Source of the DNA: Vicugna vicugna
Taxonomy: Eukaryota
Direction of reading: 5' to 3'
NCBI GenBank assembly: GCA_013265495.1
Contig: MU060007.1
Coordinates: 1,488,001-1,552,000, forward strand
DNA: 64,000 bases
Shown: positions 39,209 through 52,979 of the stretch, one piece after another
Layout of the letters: each line of letters begins with the position of its first letter
How positions within the stretch are numbered: the first letter of the stretch is position 1
Made by a program: the position numbers and the translations under genes
The notes under the pieces: model-generated
Seen by the model: only the letters and a program-made list of their open reading frames with translations
The model's database searches: none
Told to the model about the DNA's origin: nothing

Positions 39209-40027
39209 AGACCTCACATGAGTCAGAATGGCCATCATTAAAAAAACCTACNNNNNNNNNNNNNNNNNNNNNNNNNNNNNNNNNNNNNNNNNNNNNNNNN
39301 NNNNNNNNNNNNNNNNNNNNNNNNNNNNNNNNNNNNNNNNNNNNNNNNNNNNNNNNNNNNNNNNNNNNNNNNNNNNNNNNNNNNNNNNNNNNNNNNNNNN
39401 NNNNNNNNNNNNNNNNNNNNNNAACTCTGATTTGAAAAGATACATGCACCCCAGTGTTCATAGCAGCACTATTTATAATAGCCATTACATGGAAGCAACC
39501 TAAATGTCCACCGACAGATGAGTAGATAAAGAAGATAAATATATATATTTATCTACACTCAATGGAGACATTAAAAAGGAATGAAATAATGTCATTTGCA
39601 GCAACATGGATAGACCTAGAGATTGTGATACTAAGTAAAGTAAGCCAGGCAAAGACAAACATCATGTTATTACTTATATGTGGAATCTTTAAAAAAATGA
39701 TGCAAATGAACTTATTTACAAGCCAGCATTAGACTAGAAAACATACTATGAAAACATAACTATAGAAAACATACTATGGTTACCAGAGGGGAAAGAGGGT
39801 GAGAGGGATAAATTAGGAGGTTGGGATTGACATACACACTACTATATATAAAGTAGATAACCACAAGGACCTACTGTAGAACACTGGGAACTATAATAAA
39901 TATCTTGTAATAACCTATAATGGAAAAGCATCTGAAAAAGATTTTATATACGAACTGAATCACTTTTCTATATACCTGAAACTAATACAACATTGTAAAT
40001 CAACTATACTTCAATTAAAAAAAAAAA
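39209..40027 (+). mobile_element. 5'-truncated cetartiodactyl-type L1 3' end with poly(A); 171 nt masked
   Basis: 'agtcagaatggccatcattaaaaa', 'aaaagatacatgcaccccagtgttcatagcagcac', 3' UTR 'gggataaattaggag...aaggacctactgta...cctgaaactaatacaacattgtaaatcaactatacttcaatt' and a poly(A) at 40017-40027. Confidence 0.92.
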
Positions 40028-43000
40028 CACTGTCCTTGGGCAATGGGGATGTATGGTCAGCTAGTTATAAATATATTTTCATTTTAAGAATCATTGGTTA
40101 CCAGTGTGACAGTCTGCCTTCTGTCTCCTTCAATGGCCATGAAAGATGCAAGAAATGACACATGTAGGGCATTTAAAATTTCCCCCAATTGCCTTTTTTG
40201 AATGTACACAGTAGATTGGGATCTTTCCTACACTCTTCATCCACCCCAAAGCACAATCTCAATTCCTAGGCATAAAACAGAATGAAAGCAAAATGGCATC
40301 CCTTTTTCATCCTAGAATATAGAAGATAAAATGTTACATTAAGTACTGTCAAGCCAAGTAGCTGGGGAAGTTCTCAGAGAAGAAAATTACTTCCTAGTAG
40401 ATGACTTTTAATTGTAAGTTTCAAAATTTGATAAGATTCTGGAGATGAGGGGATCAGTTTCCTTGGAATATTCATCAACACTTTTTCCTTCATTGGCAGG
40501 GTTATTTGATCTTGGCTTAGAGGAACATGGGAGGAGGTAGAATGGCTGATATGAAATAAAACAGAAGCCCAAACACATAGGGGGTCAGTTCAGGCTAAGT
40601 GATCAGTCATTTGCTTGCAGTATGAAGTGTCTGGATTTATCACAGTAATATTCTTGTTTGTTCCTGTAGACCTTGCAGGTCTCATTATATCTGTGCTGAT
40701 AGCCTTGTCATCACTGCTGATGATCAGAATTCTCTTAGTTGGCCTTATGTGACTCAGTGACCTTCAATAATTGAGGATGGAACATGACATCGGTGCTGAG
40801 GGTAAAGCAAGTGTCCGTAGTGAGATCCTCTCTCCCCTAATCAGGGAGCAAAAGTTTGTCAGAAATGATCGGCAGGTTTTCTTGGAACATTAAAAGGCAG
40901 GGAAATAAAGGGGCCCTCCCTGCCTTTATAAATTATACAGGAGTATCCAGTTAGCTCATCTTCACCCTGTAATTTGGAATGAAAAAATCTCTTGTGCATA
41001 AACTGCCTTTCTGAATCTACCACAATTAATCCAGAAGAGAAGTGGGAATGGGTAGCAGGGTTTTTTTTTTTTTCCTTCAAATTTTGTTGTTAATTAAAAA
41101 AACAATTATCAAGGACTTCTAATTACTTTATAAGTGCTGTATAGCCTGTACCTGCTCCTCAGCAAATTAGTAAGATAATGCCTGAAACATCTTATTAAGC
41201 GGAATTGCTCTTTCTCCTCCCCCAGATTCACACATCTACTTAATAGGCCTCTTCTTGTGCAACACTTTGGTGAAACATTAAGTGATCTCACAGTTATTAG
41301 CGTTGTGCATTGGTTTCTAAATGTTCTTTACCCAGGACCTAATAAATTGGCAGGCTACTATAAGGGTGAGTAGGGACAGGCATCAATTCTTCAGAAGATC
41401 TTTAAAGATATTCCCTTAGGGCAAGTGAGTATTTTGGAAATAATAAGATCTTTTTGGTGCAGGGTATAGAGAGTCACTGGTGAGATAGACAATAGAGCCA
41501 TGAGGTCCCCCAAGGATCGTGGGACAGATGAGAGGGTCTATAGTCAGGGGCTGACACATGAAAGACTAGACCCAAGATGTGAGCCACTGCAGAGTGCTGA
41601 AAATGCGTGCACTCGAAGGAGACATCACATCCGTGGGAGGCATGCTGCTCAAAGACCTCAACAGATGGGGGTTCATCCACTTGGGAGTTTCATGAACTAC
41701 GTCAGGGTCGGCAGTCCATCCTTTTGAACTTAAGTGGAATCAAGTTGAGAATGAGGAAGCAAGCTGCCAAAATAGAAGAAAGCATGATCTCATAGTTTTA
41801 AATCATCTTGGAGAAGACCATTTATATCATATAGTCCATCCTAGAACTATATGATTTGGAGCTTGAACATGAAAAGTGAGACATGTTCAAAGTTTTTTTT
41901 TGAAATTTCTAAATTTGAAGTGACTTTCATTTAATCTAAATATATTTTCATTCTTTTATATAGCAGTTCACGTAAGATTCATGATGATGGTACTTGCTGC
42001 ATTTTTCTTTTTCTTTTTTAGTTCAGTCCTCTGTAGTTTTAGGAGCGGTGTTAAAATCACAATTTTGTTATACCGAATTGTTATATGAGGTTTGCTAGCT
42101 TGTCCAGCAACAGAGAATATATGCAGGGGATCTGAGATCAAGCCTAAAATTTCCTCCCGGCCTGCCTACATCTGCAGGAATCAGACCACCATGCCCTGGG
42201 TGTCTAACAGATATTATCAGTCTCCAAAAGCTTTGATGTCACATACTCCAAGGCACTATTTACCCGAGTAAAAATCTCATTTTGGCATGCATTGCTCATG
42301 AAATATTTGTGGAGTGTTGGGGAAGCTATGGAAAATCCTTGTATTTGTAGGAATTAAAAAAAATTGATCATGAATTTTCTTGTAGGGATTTTAAGGGAAC
42401 ACTGGGGCACACTTGAAATTTCAAGTTAGGTTCAGAGAAATTTCATAGAGATAGAGGGAAAACCATGAATAGAATTTAACAATTGCAGAATAAACATGAT
42501 TAGAAGTTAAAAGATTTGAGATCATCGGCAGGAAGTGAGAGTTGAAAAATAGTTTACTAGTTTAGAGACTTTCAGTAAGAGAAAGAATGAGTGAGTGATG
42601 GGGAACCTGATGAGCCTTATTGCAAGTTTCTTTAATTGCAGGAGTGATGGGGTGGACATAGGTGGCCCAGGATGTGTTCCTTTGTGCCTGAGCATAGCTG
42701 GGAGAAGGACCTCCCTGTATTTTGGTCAGGTGCACAGCTTGGGGCAGGAGAGCAGTGGCAGAGCAGGGCAGAGAACTAGATGGGCGGCCCGTGTGCCAGG
42801 ACTGGTTGGTACTGGGGTGGGAGTGTGGGCAGTGGGATGGGAGAACTCCTCCTGGACACCCCAGAGATGCCCCCAGTGGCTCTGCAGGTCTCTGGTGAGA
42901 CAGGAAACTTATGCCACAGTAATTTGCTGCCTGCATCAGCAAGTTCCTAAATCTCCTCGGGGTGGTAACAAAAGAAGTCTCTTCCACTGGGGAATAACAG

Positions 43001-43149
43001 CAGAGAGTTAGATAAGATCAAGGTTACTCACCTGAAATAGATGTGAACTGGAAAGTGAAGAAAGCACAGATCACACTGAATTCTCTTACATAGTTTATCT
43101 AAAGCCAACCAATGCATGTAGATAGTCTGCAATGTACTTTGTCTCCACT

Positions 43150-43345
43150 CTCTCATTACAATTCCTTTAAGATTTTCCCCAGGAAGTCTCCACTGTAAAA
43201 TTTTATCCCATTAGCATACCTACCTCTCTTCCCTAGCAGGTTGGGCCTCCCTCTTTTATTCTTTGGGAACTTCTTTATTATTCTAAGTTACCCTGGACAT
43301 AGTAGAAGCTCAATAAAGATTTATTTAATAGATTAATAAAATGGA
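43150..43345 (+). mobile_element. L2 3' fragment
   Basis: Ends 'cctggacatagtagaagctcaataaagatttatt'. Confidence 0.6.
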
Positions 43346-43679
43346 ATTTTTCTTACTCAACATATCTCATCTAAAAATGGTTTTCTTATTATAAATGTTA
43401 ATTGTTAAAATTTCTTAGATTTTAAAAAAAATTGTTGCCTTATTTTCAAGTATAGTTTGTTATTGTGACATTTTCATAACATCAAGAAAAATATTTTAAA
43501 GTGTTTCCCTTGGGGCCAAGAAATGTATTATATTAAAATAAAAACACACTGTAAAAATTAGTGACTTGTCTATAATGCAAAGATATTTTATAGAAATTTA
43601 GCTCTTTTGAGATCCTGTGAACATAAGCTATAGTAATATAGGAATGAGTAAGTTCAAAGTTGTTTTGGTCTCAGTAAAA

Positions 43680-43840
43680 GACTTTTCTTCAAAATGCACT
43701 TTTCTGAGTTGCAATTTTCTCATTTTTATGAGATGGAGATAGTGATACCTCTTCCACTGACCTCTTGTTTTTTTGTGACATTCAAAACTGGATTTAATTC
43801 CTTTGTAAGGTACCAAGCCCTCTACAAGTATTAGAATACA
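43680..43840 (+). mobile_element. MIR fragment
   Basis: 'ttttctcatttttatgagatggagatagtgatacct'. Confidence 0.55.
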
Positions 43841-44291
43841 AGGACCTTTCATTGATTCGTTTGTTCATCCCAGACATTTTCAAGCCCCTGTGGATGTGAA
43901 TGCTAGGGAAAGTGCTGTGCTGTAGAGGAGACAAAGATATGTAGGTAAGAACTGCATTTGCCCTCCTCTTCAAATAAATGTCTTTTAACTTCACAACATC
44001 CAAAATTGTTGGCCTCAGTAGACAATCTTACAGGTTAACCAACCACCCAAAAAAAGAGGGGAAATTTCAAAAATTCAGAGAAAAGATAAATCTGACTTGA
44101 TGACATACATCTCTGGAAGGAGGAAGGCTTCAGGAAGCTGGGGAAACTTTCAGCAATACTATCATAGTTATAAAGCTGCAGACTAAGCCAACAGGGAAGA
44201 AAAAGATGGTGGTATTCAAAGGAATTATCTTCCAATATTTGAAGGCCCATACTTTGTTAGAAACATCAAATTCATTCTGTGTGGTTGGCTC

Positions 44292-44447
44292 CAAGGGGCA
44301 AAGTAGGAGCAACAAGAGAAAATTACAAGGGCATAGGTTTCTGAATATTACAAGGGAGAGATATCTAATGTGCTCAGCTATCCAAAACTAGAAGGGGAAG
44401 CCTCAGGGGTGATGAGTTTCCTGTCATAGGGAGAGTTCAAGCACAAA
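44292..44447 (+). mobile_element. L3/CR1 LINE 3' fragment
   Basis: 'ggggcaaagtaggagcaac...aaattacaaggg...gctatccaaaa...gtgatgagtttcctgtcatagggagagttcaagca' is collinear with the remembered L3 3' consensus. Confidence 0.65.
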
Positions 44448-46459
44448 ATACATTACCTCTTGCCTGAGCTGGAGGCTTTTAAGGTATTGCCCAACACTGA
44501 TCTGATGCGATGATTCTACTCTCGAAGTTGGTCTCTTAAGCTGTGAGAAGTTGGTCTGAGAGTTGTGGGTAACCGTTTAGCTGTGAGAATCCCCTCCCCA
44601 CTGCCCTTTTTGGACCCCCTCTCCCAGCTCCCCTCTCCCCAGAAGATGTTTGAGTAAAGTGAAGAATAAGGTTTCTTTCGTCTTAATTCTGCTCTTATGC
44701 ATGGAGGGACTCTCCCTTAAGATGAGATTTCTATTTGAGTATAAACCCAAGGTCACAAATCTATGTTTTTGCTTATCTTTTTAAAAAAAATTTAAATGGA
44801 AGCGTAAGTGTTGAATATGGTGCTTATATTATTTCAGTTCATTTTCCAAACATATGTACGTAGAGATGGAGTGAGCCTGTTTTGCTTGGATACAGCAATC
44901 GGTTTTCCTCCTCTGTTCTCAATCAGGCAGTTTTAAATTTTGGTGAGGCGTGTAAACACACTGTGATGGACGACATTAATAAATAAGTACTACATTGGCT
45001 CTGCTTGAGCAGTCCCTCTTCATCTTTATCTTTTTTGTTTAAATCCTGTGGGGTCCCAGAATTCTCTTTATGGAGATCAAGAAGATTAAGCAAAATTAGT
45101 TCTCAACTACATAATGGGCTTCCCTCTCCTGGCCTGTGTCTCCCCTCTCTGCACATGGTGACTCCCCCTGATATCAACAGGAGATTCACAGATGGGGGAG
45201 AAATTATGCCGGGGAGAGCAGGGCACACCATGGGATCTCAGCCTTCTCTTTCATGTCTAGCAATGTGTGTGCTTGAATTGGAATCCAAAATGAAAATGGC
45301 AAGTAAATCCGCTGGCTACTCAAAGACACCTCCAACTTCATGTGTCTCTTAGGGCAGGCTGACCTGTTCAATCTCAGAGCCAGTGGTTGCTGTCCTAGTC
45401 TTGAGAACATCTAAACCACAGCTTCATAAACCAATGATAGCTTCAAAGAGGTTATTTTCAGAGAGAACTATGCTTCAACCATGTCAAACAGTGGAAGTCA
45501 TGCTGTTTATAAAGTTCTCCAGAGAGAGACTGGCTTACTCATGGGCAGAGTTGGCAGCTGCCGACGTGGAATAATTTGAGGATCGACGAGAGGCCCCCAT
45601 GCTTTAAAAATCCATCTCCCTCATCAGTCTGCAGTGGTGCCTGAAATTTCCACCATTACTGTCATTTCTTAAAAGCCTTTAAGAGGACATATGCCCTATT
45701 ATCTTGAGGGAGGTAACATTAATTAACTATATAACATATTAGAATGGATGAGTTTTCTTGTTAATAACCCATTACGACCATTGACACCTAGTAAAGATCA
45801 GGACTGTGAAGAAGTAGAAGAAAGGGGAGGAAAGCTGTAATGGAGAAGTGGAAGATGATGATTTATAGTGTCCATGTAGGGGGTATCACTCAGGTCCAGC
45901 TGCAATAGGGTCTCTAACATGGGGACAACCAATGGAGAACAAGAAGGCACTAGGTATTTTGTTGCAGGTAGTGGGGTGGGCATGGCCCCAAAATGTGAGA
46001 AATGGAAAAGGAACTTCACTTGCCTCGCAATATTGTTAATGTTGGCCCTACCACTCCCAAAGAAGTTCAGTGGTCCAATAATCATTTGTAGAGTGATTTT
46101 CAAACTGTCCTAAACACTCTTATTTGAGGGTGGGGGATGAATCTTTAATCCCAAGTCAATGGAAATAGAGAATTGGTGGTCATAATTTGAATGGCCATAT
46201 TTTAAGAATTTAAAGGATTTTTAGTGACCTTTTAGCTATAACATCCATTAGCTAAATAAACATTTTTCTTCAGTGGTTTCTTCAGAAGTATTACTTAAAG
46301 ACATTTACTTACCCATAATATCAAGCATTTATACTGTTTAGTTAGAATCAAAGAATTTTAAGAGCTGGAATTGATGACTTGAGATCTCTTAGTTGAACCC
46401 CATTCCTTTAGAGATGAGAAACTGAGACATTTTCTAAAGTGTCTTTATGTATTTCCTCC

Positions 46460-47020
46460 TTTATTATTGAGTATCGACTGTGTGCTAGGCACAGGGATAC
46501 AGTGATCAAAAAATAAAGATACAATATTTTCCTCATGGAGCTTATACTTCAGTGGCGGAGAAAATATTAGTTAATTGACATACATGTAAAAGCTGTGATA
46601 AGAGTTACTGAGTAATATATGTCATGAGAGTACATTATAGGGGAACTAGAAACTGGTGGGGATGGTGTTAGTAAAGTGTCCTTGCAGATAAAATGTTTGA
46701 ATTAATATCTGAAGGTTAGTAGGGGTTCTTAGAGCAGAAATAAAGGAGAAAGATAAAGAATATGCAAAGGCCCTGGCACAGAAGGCCGTGGCATGTTTTT
46801 GGAATTAACAAGAGGCCTGGGTGTGTGGAGCTCAGAGGGTACCAGGGAGAGAGTTTTGAGAAAAGGCTAGAGAAGCAAGCAGAGGCTAATCATGTAGGGC
46901 TTTGCTTGGACCTCATCCGAGGAGCAGTGTGTAGAAGGGACTGAGCTGGATACCCATGGGTCAGGAGGTTAAAGCAGCGATCCAGAAGAGAGCGGGTGGT
47001 GACTTGCCTAAGGGTATAGA
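46460..47020 (-). mobile_element. L2 LINE fragment
   Basis: 'ttattgagtatcgactgtgtgctaggcacagggatacagtg...ctcatggagcttata...tgcaaaggccctg'. Confidence 0.8.
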
Positions 47021-47084
47021 GCTTTGGTAGAATTAGCATTGCTTCTAGGTTCCCTGATTAACAAGGTGGTGCTGCTTTTTGAGT

Positions 47085-47570
47085 TTCCTATCATCCATTT
47101 GTCCTACTTCCATTTTAGTGGGAGATTTATCTCTTTACATTAAGTTCCTGTGACTCTGGTGGAGCTGACTGGAGCCTCAACTCCAGGGACAGCATGTGAT
47201 TCGGACCTGACCAATGAGACTTTCAGATTCTCTTGGGACCATAGCAGTTGGTTTAGGATTGGGCATGCGATCCCATCCAAACAGGTGAGATGCCACAAGA
47301 CTGTGATGAGGACTTCTAAGACAGAGAAAAGTAGTGAAGTGAGGCCTGGCTGGAGTTATTTAAACACTAGAGGGAGAAGAAACTGAAGCAGGATGTAAGA
47401 GATGGAGAGAAAATGCACGCAGATGACATTGTTTAAGCCCTGAGGCAACAAGGCAGAAGTCAGCCATGCCTTGAATTTTTTAGTTATGGGAGTCAGTGAA
47501 ATCTTACTTTGTTAGAGCTGGTTTTCACTGGTTTATCTACCATGGGCAACCAAGAGTCCTAATTAATCAA
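47085..47570 (+). mobile_element. MLT1K-like MaLR solo LTR
   Basis: 'ggtggagctgac...ctccagg...gaccaat...gggcatgcgatccca', 'gagatggagaga...gatgacattgtttaagccc' and end 'caaccaagagtcctaattaatca'. Confidence 0.8.
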
Positions 47571-49049
47571 GTATTAAATTTCTTGCTCCTTTGTTAACTT
47601 ACTTGTAGGATACAAACTAAAAAAGAGGAAAGCTATGATTTTCAATACAAGCTTTACAGAAGAATAGTTTCATTGTAAAGTCAGCTACTTTGGATTCATT
47701 TGGGTCTAACATTAACAACCTTAGTATTAAATCACTTTGAAGCTGAAGATGGTAAAGTTTTCACATGATATTTTATTCTAAATAGAAGTGTTTTTCCATG
47801 AAATAATTATATATGAGAAATGTTTTTATTATAAGTAATATCTAGATAAATGGTATTTATTATATCAAATGTCATTAAGGGAAAACAGCCAATTGACAAA
47901 TATTCCTCAAATAATACGGAAACATATGATATGCAAGTAATTTCAACCTCAACTGCCTTTATAAGAACACCTCTGCTTTCACACTCATTAATAAATCATA
48001 ATATCTCTAGTACAACATTTTGCCAGTGTTTTGGTGGTTGTTTCTACATATGTGATCCAAGAATAGTCTCTGCGTTTGTCCTCTCACTTATCTTAGTTAA
48101 TCCAGGTAAATAATACAGTTTCTTTCAGTTTTGGGGGAGTATTGAAAGATTTTTATATTCTTTGTATCAATAAACAAATCGCTTAAAATTTTACAAAGTA
48201 AAATATTTGTCTAAAAATAATATTATAAAATTTAATTTAAAGTGTAAGATAAGGCTCTGTGGGGAATTTTGGAACTGCGGAAGACTCATCAATTATGTGC
48301 TTTTGAAAAAAATTGTATGAAATTCTGCATCATCTTCTAAATCATATAATTCCATCCAGAACAAAGCATCCATTCATAAACTTTTGAATTAGATGGGTTT
48401 CAAGAAATACTGCCATTGACTGTCTGCTCTGATTTATTTTATACCAGAGCAGAAGGATGGGAGGGAGTAGTCACAGCTCCTCTTTCAGCCCTGACTCACC
48501 AGAGTTCCAGAAGTGAGGAGAGCAAATGTTTTTATCAAGTTGGAATGTTGAGGATCAGTTTTAGCCTAACAAATATTGACGCTTACTACTTTTTTTTTCT
48601 GCCGAAAATCCAAGTCCTGCGGCACCTGTGGGTGAAATGCATGTGTTTGATCACTCACAGAACTGAGCAGGTAACCAGGGTGGGGCCAACACAACAGCAC
48701 TCATCCAAGCAGGTCCTGGTGGGCCCTCAACCCTGAGAAGGTCCTCTAAGTAACGGACAACCCCACAGGTATGGAACACTACACTTCGACTTGTAATCTT
48801 GATGTTGAGCTAGAAAAATTGAGCTTCCGGGGCTGGTAGAGGGAGTTGAGAATGAGGTGGCAGATATCCCTTCTTTGTGTGATCTTGTAAGGATAGAATA
48901 ATTAACATGGGTAGGACTGAAGGAAATGTGCTGTCCTTGAGTATGTACACATAAATGATGTAGTAGTTATGCCAATACCTAGTAAAACCAAGGAGGAAAC
49001 AAAATTATAAAAAAGTCTAAGGACCAGCTATACATAGATTCATTCATAA

Positions 49050-49730
49050 CCATTAACATTTCACTGATTATCTAATATATGCAAGGCATTTTGCTAGTTT
49101 ACCAGGTGAGAAAGTGAAGATGAATTAATCAGGGGTTTTTCCATTAATGTACATGTACTCTAACAGGCACAGGAGTTATGAGAATAAATAAGTGCAATAT
49201 CTATTTCATAAAAATGTACAGAAGTAAGTAGTTTAATATTGGGAGGACTTCTGTCTAGTATGATTGAGGAAAGCTATGTGGAATAAGTGATATTTTAGCT
49301 ACAACTTGAGAATTGTGCAGGATTCCAGTGGAAGGAAATAGGATGAATAAAGTTATGCAGGAGGAAAAATAAGAGTTCAAAGTAGTAAGTAGCGAGTCCA
49401 TTCATAACAGAAAGAGATAAAGATAAGCTTGGAAAAATGAGTTCAGTGAAGGCCAGATTATGAAGGTACTTGAAAGCTCTTTAGAGGATTTTGTAGTTTA
49501 TCTTTGAGGTAACGGGAAGCCAGAGACACCTTTGGAGCATGAAGGAAAGATTGAAAGAAGGTTTAAGGAAGACTAACATGGTTGGGGAGTGGGAGGCTAC
49601 TGCAATAGTCCGAGTGAGAGGCAATAGAGTCCATTTTAGGGGAAGTAAAAGAAGGGATGGTTGGAAGAGATGGTGGAACATCTGAAAGGTCTTGGTGACT
49701 GATTGGATATGGGACAAGGGCAAGAAAGAA
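49050..49730 (-). mobile_element. L2 LINE fragment (hosts the camelid SINE)
   Basis: 'gaggctactgcaatagtccgagtgagagg...ttggtgactgattggatatggg'. Confidence 0.75.
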
Positions 49731-49735
49731 ATAAA

Positions 49736-49836
49736 AGTGGTAGAGTGTGTGCTTAGCATATACGTGGTCCTAGGTTCAACCCACAGTATTTCCATTAAAA
49801 AATAAAAACAAACAAACAAAAAACTTAAAAAAAAAA
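49736..49836 (+). mobile_element. Camelid Vic-1/Vicugna-type tRNA-derived SINE, 5' truncated
   Basis: 'agtggtagagtgtgtgcttagcatatacgtggtcctaggttcaacccacagtatttccatt' plus an A-rich tail matches the remembered Vicugna SINE consensus (..AGTGGTAGAGCGCATGCTTAGCATGCACGAGGTCCTGGGTTCAATCCCCAGTACCTCCATT..). Confidence 0.85.
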
Positions 49837-50302
49837 GGACAGTCAGGAAGAGGAGCAGATATAGTAACAAAAAGGGTCAAAAGAATGTGATTCTCTTAAG
49901 GATGGCAGTCAACTCTTCACTGGCTAAAGCTTCTACACTGACTTTGAACCTTACATATATCCTATGAGGAGTGTTGTGCTTAGCACCACCCTACTATAGA
50001 GTGATTGTAATGATGGCACAATCATGTTTGTGAAGTTTAAATTGAAATAAATTGATTTTTTCACTCTGCGTGTGCCAGCTGCCTGCACCAAGTGAAGAAA
50101 TGACCTCTTTCTTTCAAAAGCTATTTATTGCAGATGCAAGACCTACATATTTCATTTCCATATGTGCTCTGTTGGTCCATGGAACATTTCGGCTGTAGGA
50201 CTTTTAGTAGAGATAAAAGCCAATAGTGTATGAAATAGATATTATCACCAACATAATATTAAAAAATATGAGGCAAATGGTATATTGAACATTACAGAAA
50301 TA

Positions 50303-50358
50303 CTGTGTGTGTGTGTATATATATATAAATACAAATTTAAATATATATATATATATAA
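50303..50358. repeat. Compound (TG)n(TA)n microsatellite
   Basis: Seen directly. Confidence 0.85.
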
Positions 50359-51479
50359 AAACATTTGAAACAGAGTTATTTCTTCTAGAGTTAATAATGT
50401 TTCTAAACCCTCAGCAGGCATGTAGTTAACCCTGCAAAAGAGTTTTAAGCTATGGAATTAAAACCATCTAGTAGGGCCAGTGAGCATCTAACAGGAGAGA
50501 TGGTTTTATATGCTTTCCCTAAAGCCCTCAAGAGTTCAAGGGCTCACAGTCTCTCTTAAAGGTCTCTGTGTTTTATCACTCTCTGAATTAAGAAATTCCT
50601 CCTTAAGTCCTGTTGAAATATTCCCTGCTCCATTTCTCACTAGTTCTCTGAGGAGCAGCTACATTTCCCTCCCTGATTTTGGTGGGGCCTCAGGGGCTGT
50701 CGGTCTTCCTAAAACGTTCTGTGGTTGCGAAATGACTTGGGAAGCACATTTGCTTCCTCATTATACAATACTGTAGGGAGGAAGCACCAGTCTGATGGTA
50801 GTCTGGAATGAGTGTGAATCAGGCCTTGCATAATCTTAGTAGGAAGTTGCTATGTATTATGCCTGAGGAATCAGATGGGCAATCCTTCCAAATCCTCAAG
50901 TATCCTTTGAAGCCTCTGATGCTTCCAGGTCCTTGGACCAAAACTGTGTCTGCAGCCTTGAAACTGTAATATGTGGGAAAGAATTAGTTCACTATGTAGT
51001 CCTCTGGGCCTCCAGCCAGAACCATTTCCTCATGGAAGAAACAGACCCCCAGCTCTAAACATAGTCTGCAAACAGCTGGGTGAGGCTGAGGCAAGGAGAC
51101 ATGTATGACACAGAATCCCAGGAGATCCTCACTCTGAGGATCTGACCCTGCCCTTGCACAGCCTCCTTGCCTTCTGCACTCTTGATGCCTGCTTGCTTCA
51201 TCCTAGTCACAGACCGTGATAGAAATCAAGTCTTTAGGAGAGCATCAAACTTCCCAGGATGTGAATTGCACTTCTGTTACACTTCTGCCCTGTGGGCCAC
51301 CAAAATAATAGCTGGTTCTTGGGATGGGAAGAGGACTCTGTTCTCCAGGGGCAGATGTTGTGTGTTAATTAGAACAAAGAGAACTGGCTTTTTCCAACTA
51401 AAACAAAAAGGAAAATTTATGGGGAAAATATTGGGGTAGCTTCTAGGGTGGAAAAGAAATTCGAAGAACCAGATTTAAG

Positions 51480-52160
51480 NNNNNNNNNNNNNNNNNNNNN
51501 NNNNNNNNNNNNNNNNNNNNNNNNNNNNNNNNNNNNNNNNNNNNNNNNNNNNNNNNNNNNNNNNNNNNNNNNNNNNNNNNNNNNNNNNNNNNNNNNNNNN
51601 NNNNNNNNNNNNNNNNNNNNNNNNNNNNNNNNNNNNCCCCCTAAACTGAAGTTAGAATCTCCAAGGGAAATTGAACTCCCATATTCATGGCAGCACTATT
51701 TATAATAGCTGAGATAGGGAAGCAGCCTAAATGTCCAATGACAAATGACGGGATAAAGAAAATGTGGTATACACATGCAATGAAATATTAGTCAACTTTA
51801 AAAAAGATGAAAATTCTGCAAAATGCCATAATATGGGTGAACCTTGGGGACATAATGTTAAGTAAAATAAGCTGATCGTAGAAAGACAAGTACTGCATGA
51901 TTCTGCTTGTCTGAGATATCTCAAATAGTCAAACTCATAGAATCAAAGTCGAGTGGTAGCTGCCCTGTGGGAAAACGGGAAGGAGGGGCTAGTATTCAAC
52001 AGGCATAACATCTCAGTTAAACATGATGAATAAGTCCCAGAGCTCTTCTGTACAGCTTTGAACCTATAGTCAACAGTACTATACTGTATACTTTAATATT
52101 TGTTAAGAAGGTAGGTCTCACGTTAAGTGTTTTTACCACAATAACATTAAGTTTTTAAAA
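51480..52160 (+). mobile_element. L1MA9/10-like 3' end; 157 nt masked at the 5' side
   Basis: 'gcagcactatttataatagc', 'aaagaaaatgtggtatacac', 'agacaagtactgcatgattc', 'gtcaaactcatagaa' and end 'ttaagtgtttttaccaca'. Confidence 0.88.
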
Positions 52161-52979
52161 ATTTGCATTGTCTTCAAATTAAAAACAAAAGAAAATGGCT
52201 TTGTGATTGGAATGCTATCCAAGTTTCACCTACCTCACAGAAGAGGATTAAATGAGGCATCATAATCATTAGGACCATGCCAGTACAAATAAATGCTCAG
52301 TGAATGTTAGTTATCATGAAGTTATCATCATAATTTTTAAATACCACTTGAGTCATTTTGAATAGTAACTGGAGCCAAGCCTCTTGACAATTTATTTACT
52401 CTTTTCACAAATATGAGCACTCTGCCATTTAACGCTAGGTGGTAGATATTGAAGAACTAAGGATGTCGATTCAGTCTTCATGGCACTTACCATCAAATGG
52501 GAATGGAATCTGGGGTGGGGGCAAGCATGTAAATGATGGCATAGCTAAACGTGGTGTTAGAGATATTCTCAGAGTGGTGGAGCCCAAGAGGGAGAAGAGG
52601 ATCGAGTGGTGGAGGGGCAAGGTATTCAGGGTTGATTCTAGGACTTGGACTTCATGGGAGTGTACCATAGTAACGACAGTTCACGAACGCAGCACCTCCA
52701 TAAAGCAGTGCAAAACTTTTGAACCAAGCTTATCAATCCTTCGTGTGAAAATGCTTCATGAATCACAATCACAGGGATCAAACCTTTATTCAAATTATTA
52801 CTTGCGTTCCCACATTGAGCAAGGCAATATTTTAACCAATTTTTATAAGATCAAATGCATGCCTAATGCCTTTTCACTTTTTCCTGCACTTTTGAATTTA
52901 TTCTTACTTAGTTCTCAAGAGAATTTTTAAAACAAGTGATATTTTTCTATTCAAACTGAGGCTCCCTCCCCATCTAGAC

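Noticed and set aside
39207-39485. ORF MAIINSAAMNTGVHVSFQIRV...
   Set aside because: This is the familiar antisense frame of the L1 3' end.
40670-40752. Hydrophobic frame LAGLIISVLIALSSLLMIRILLVGLM* after an acceptor
   Set aside because: T-rich DNA readily gives hydrophobic peptides; no upstream coding exons or homology.
42540-43010. GC-rich stretch with 138-141-aa ORFs on both strands
   Set aside because: Most likely an old LTR-derived or GC-rich non-coding segment that I could not assign; the peptides have no recognisable domain.
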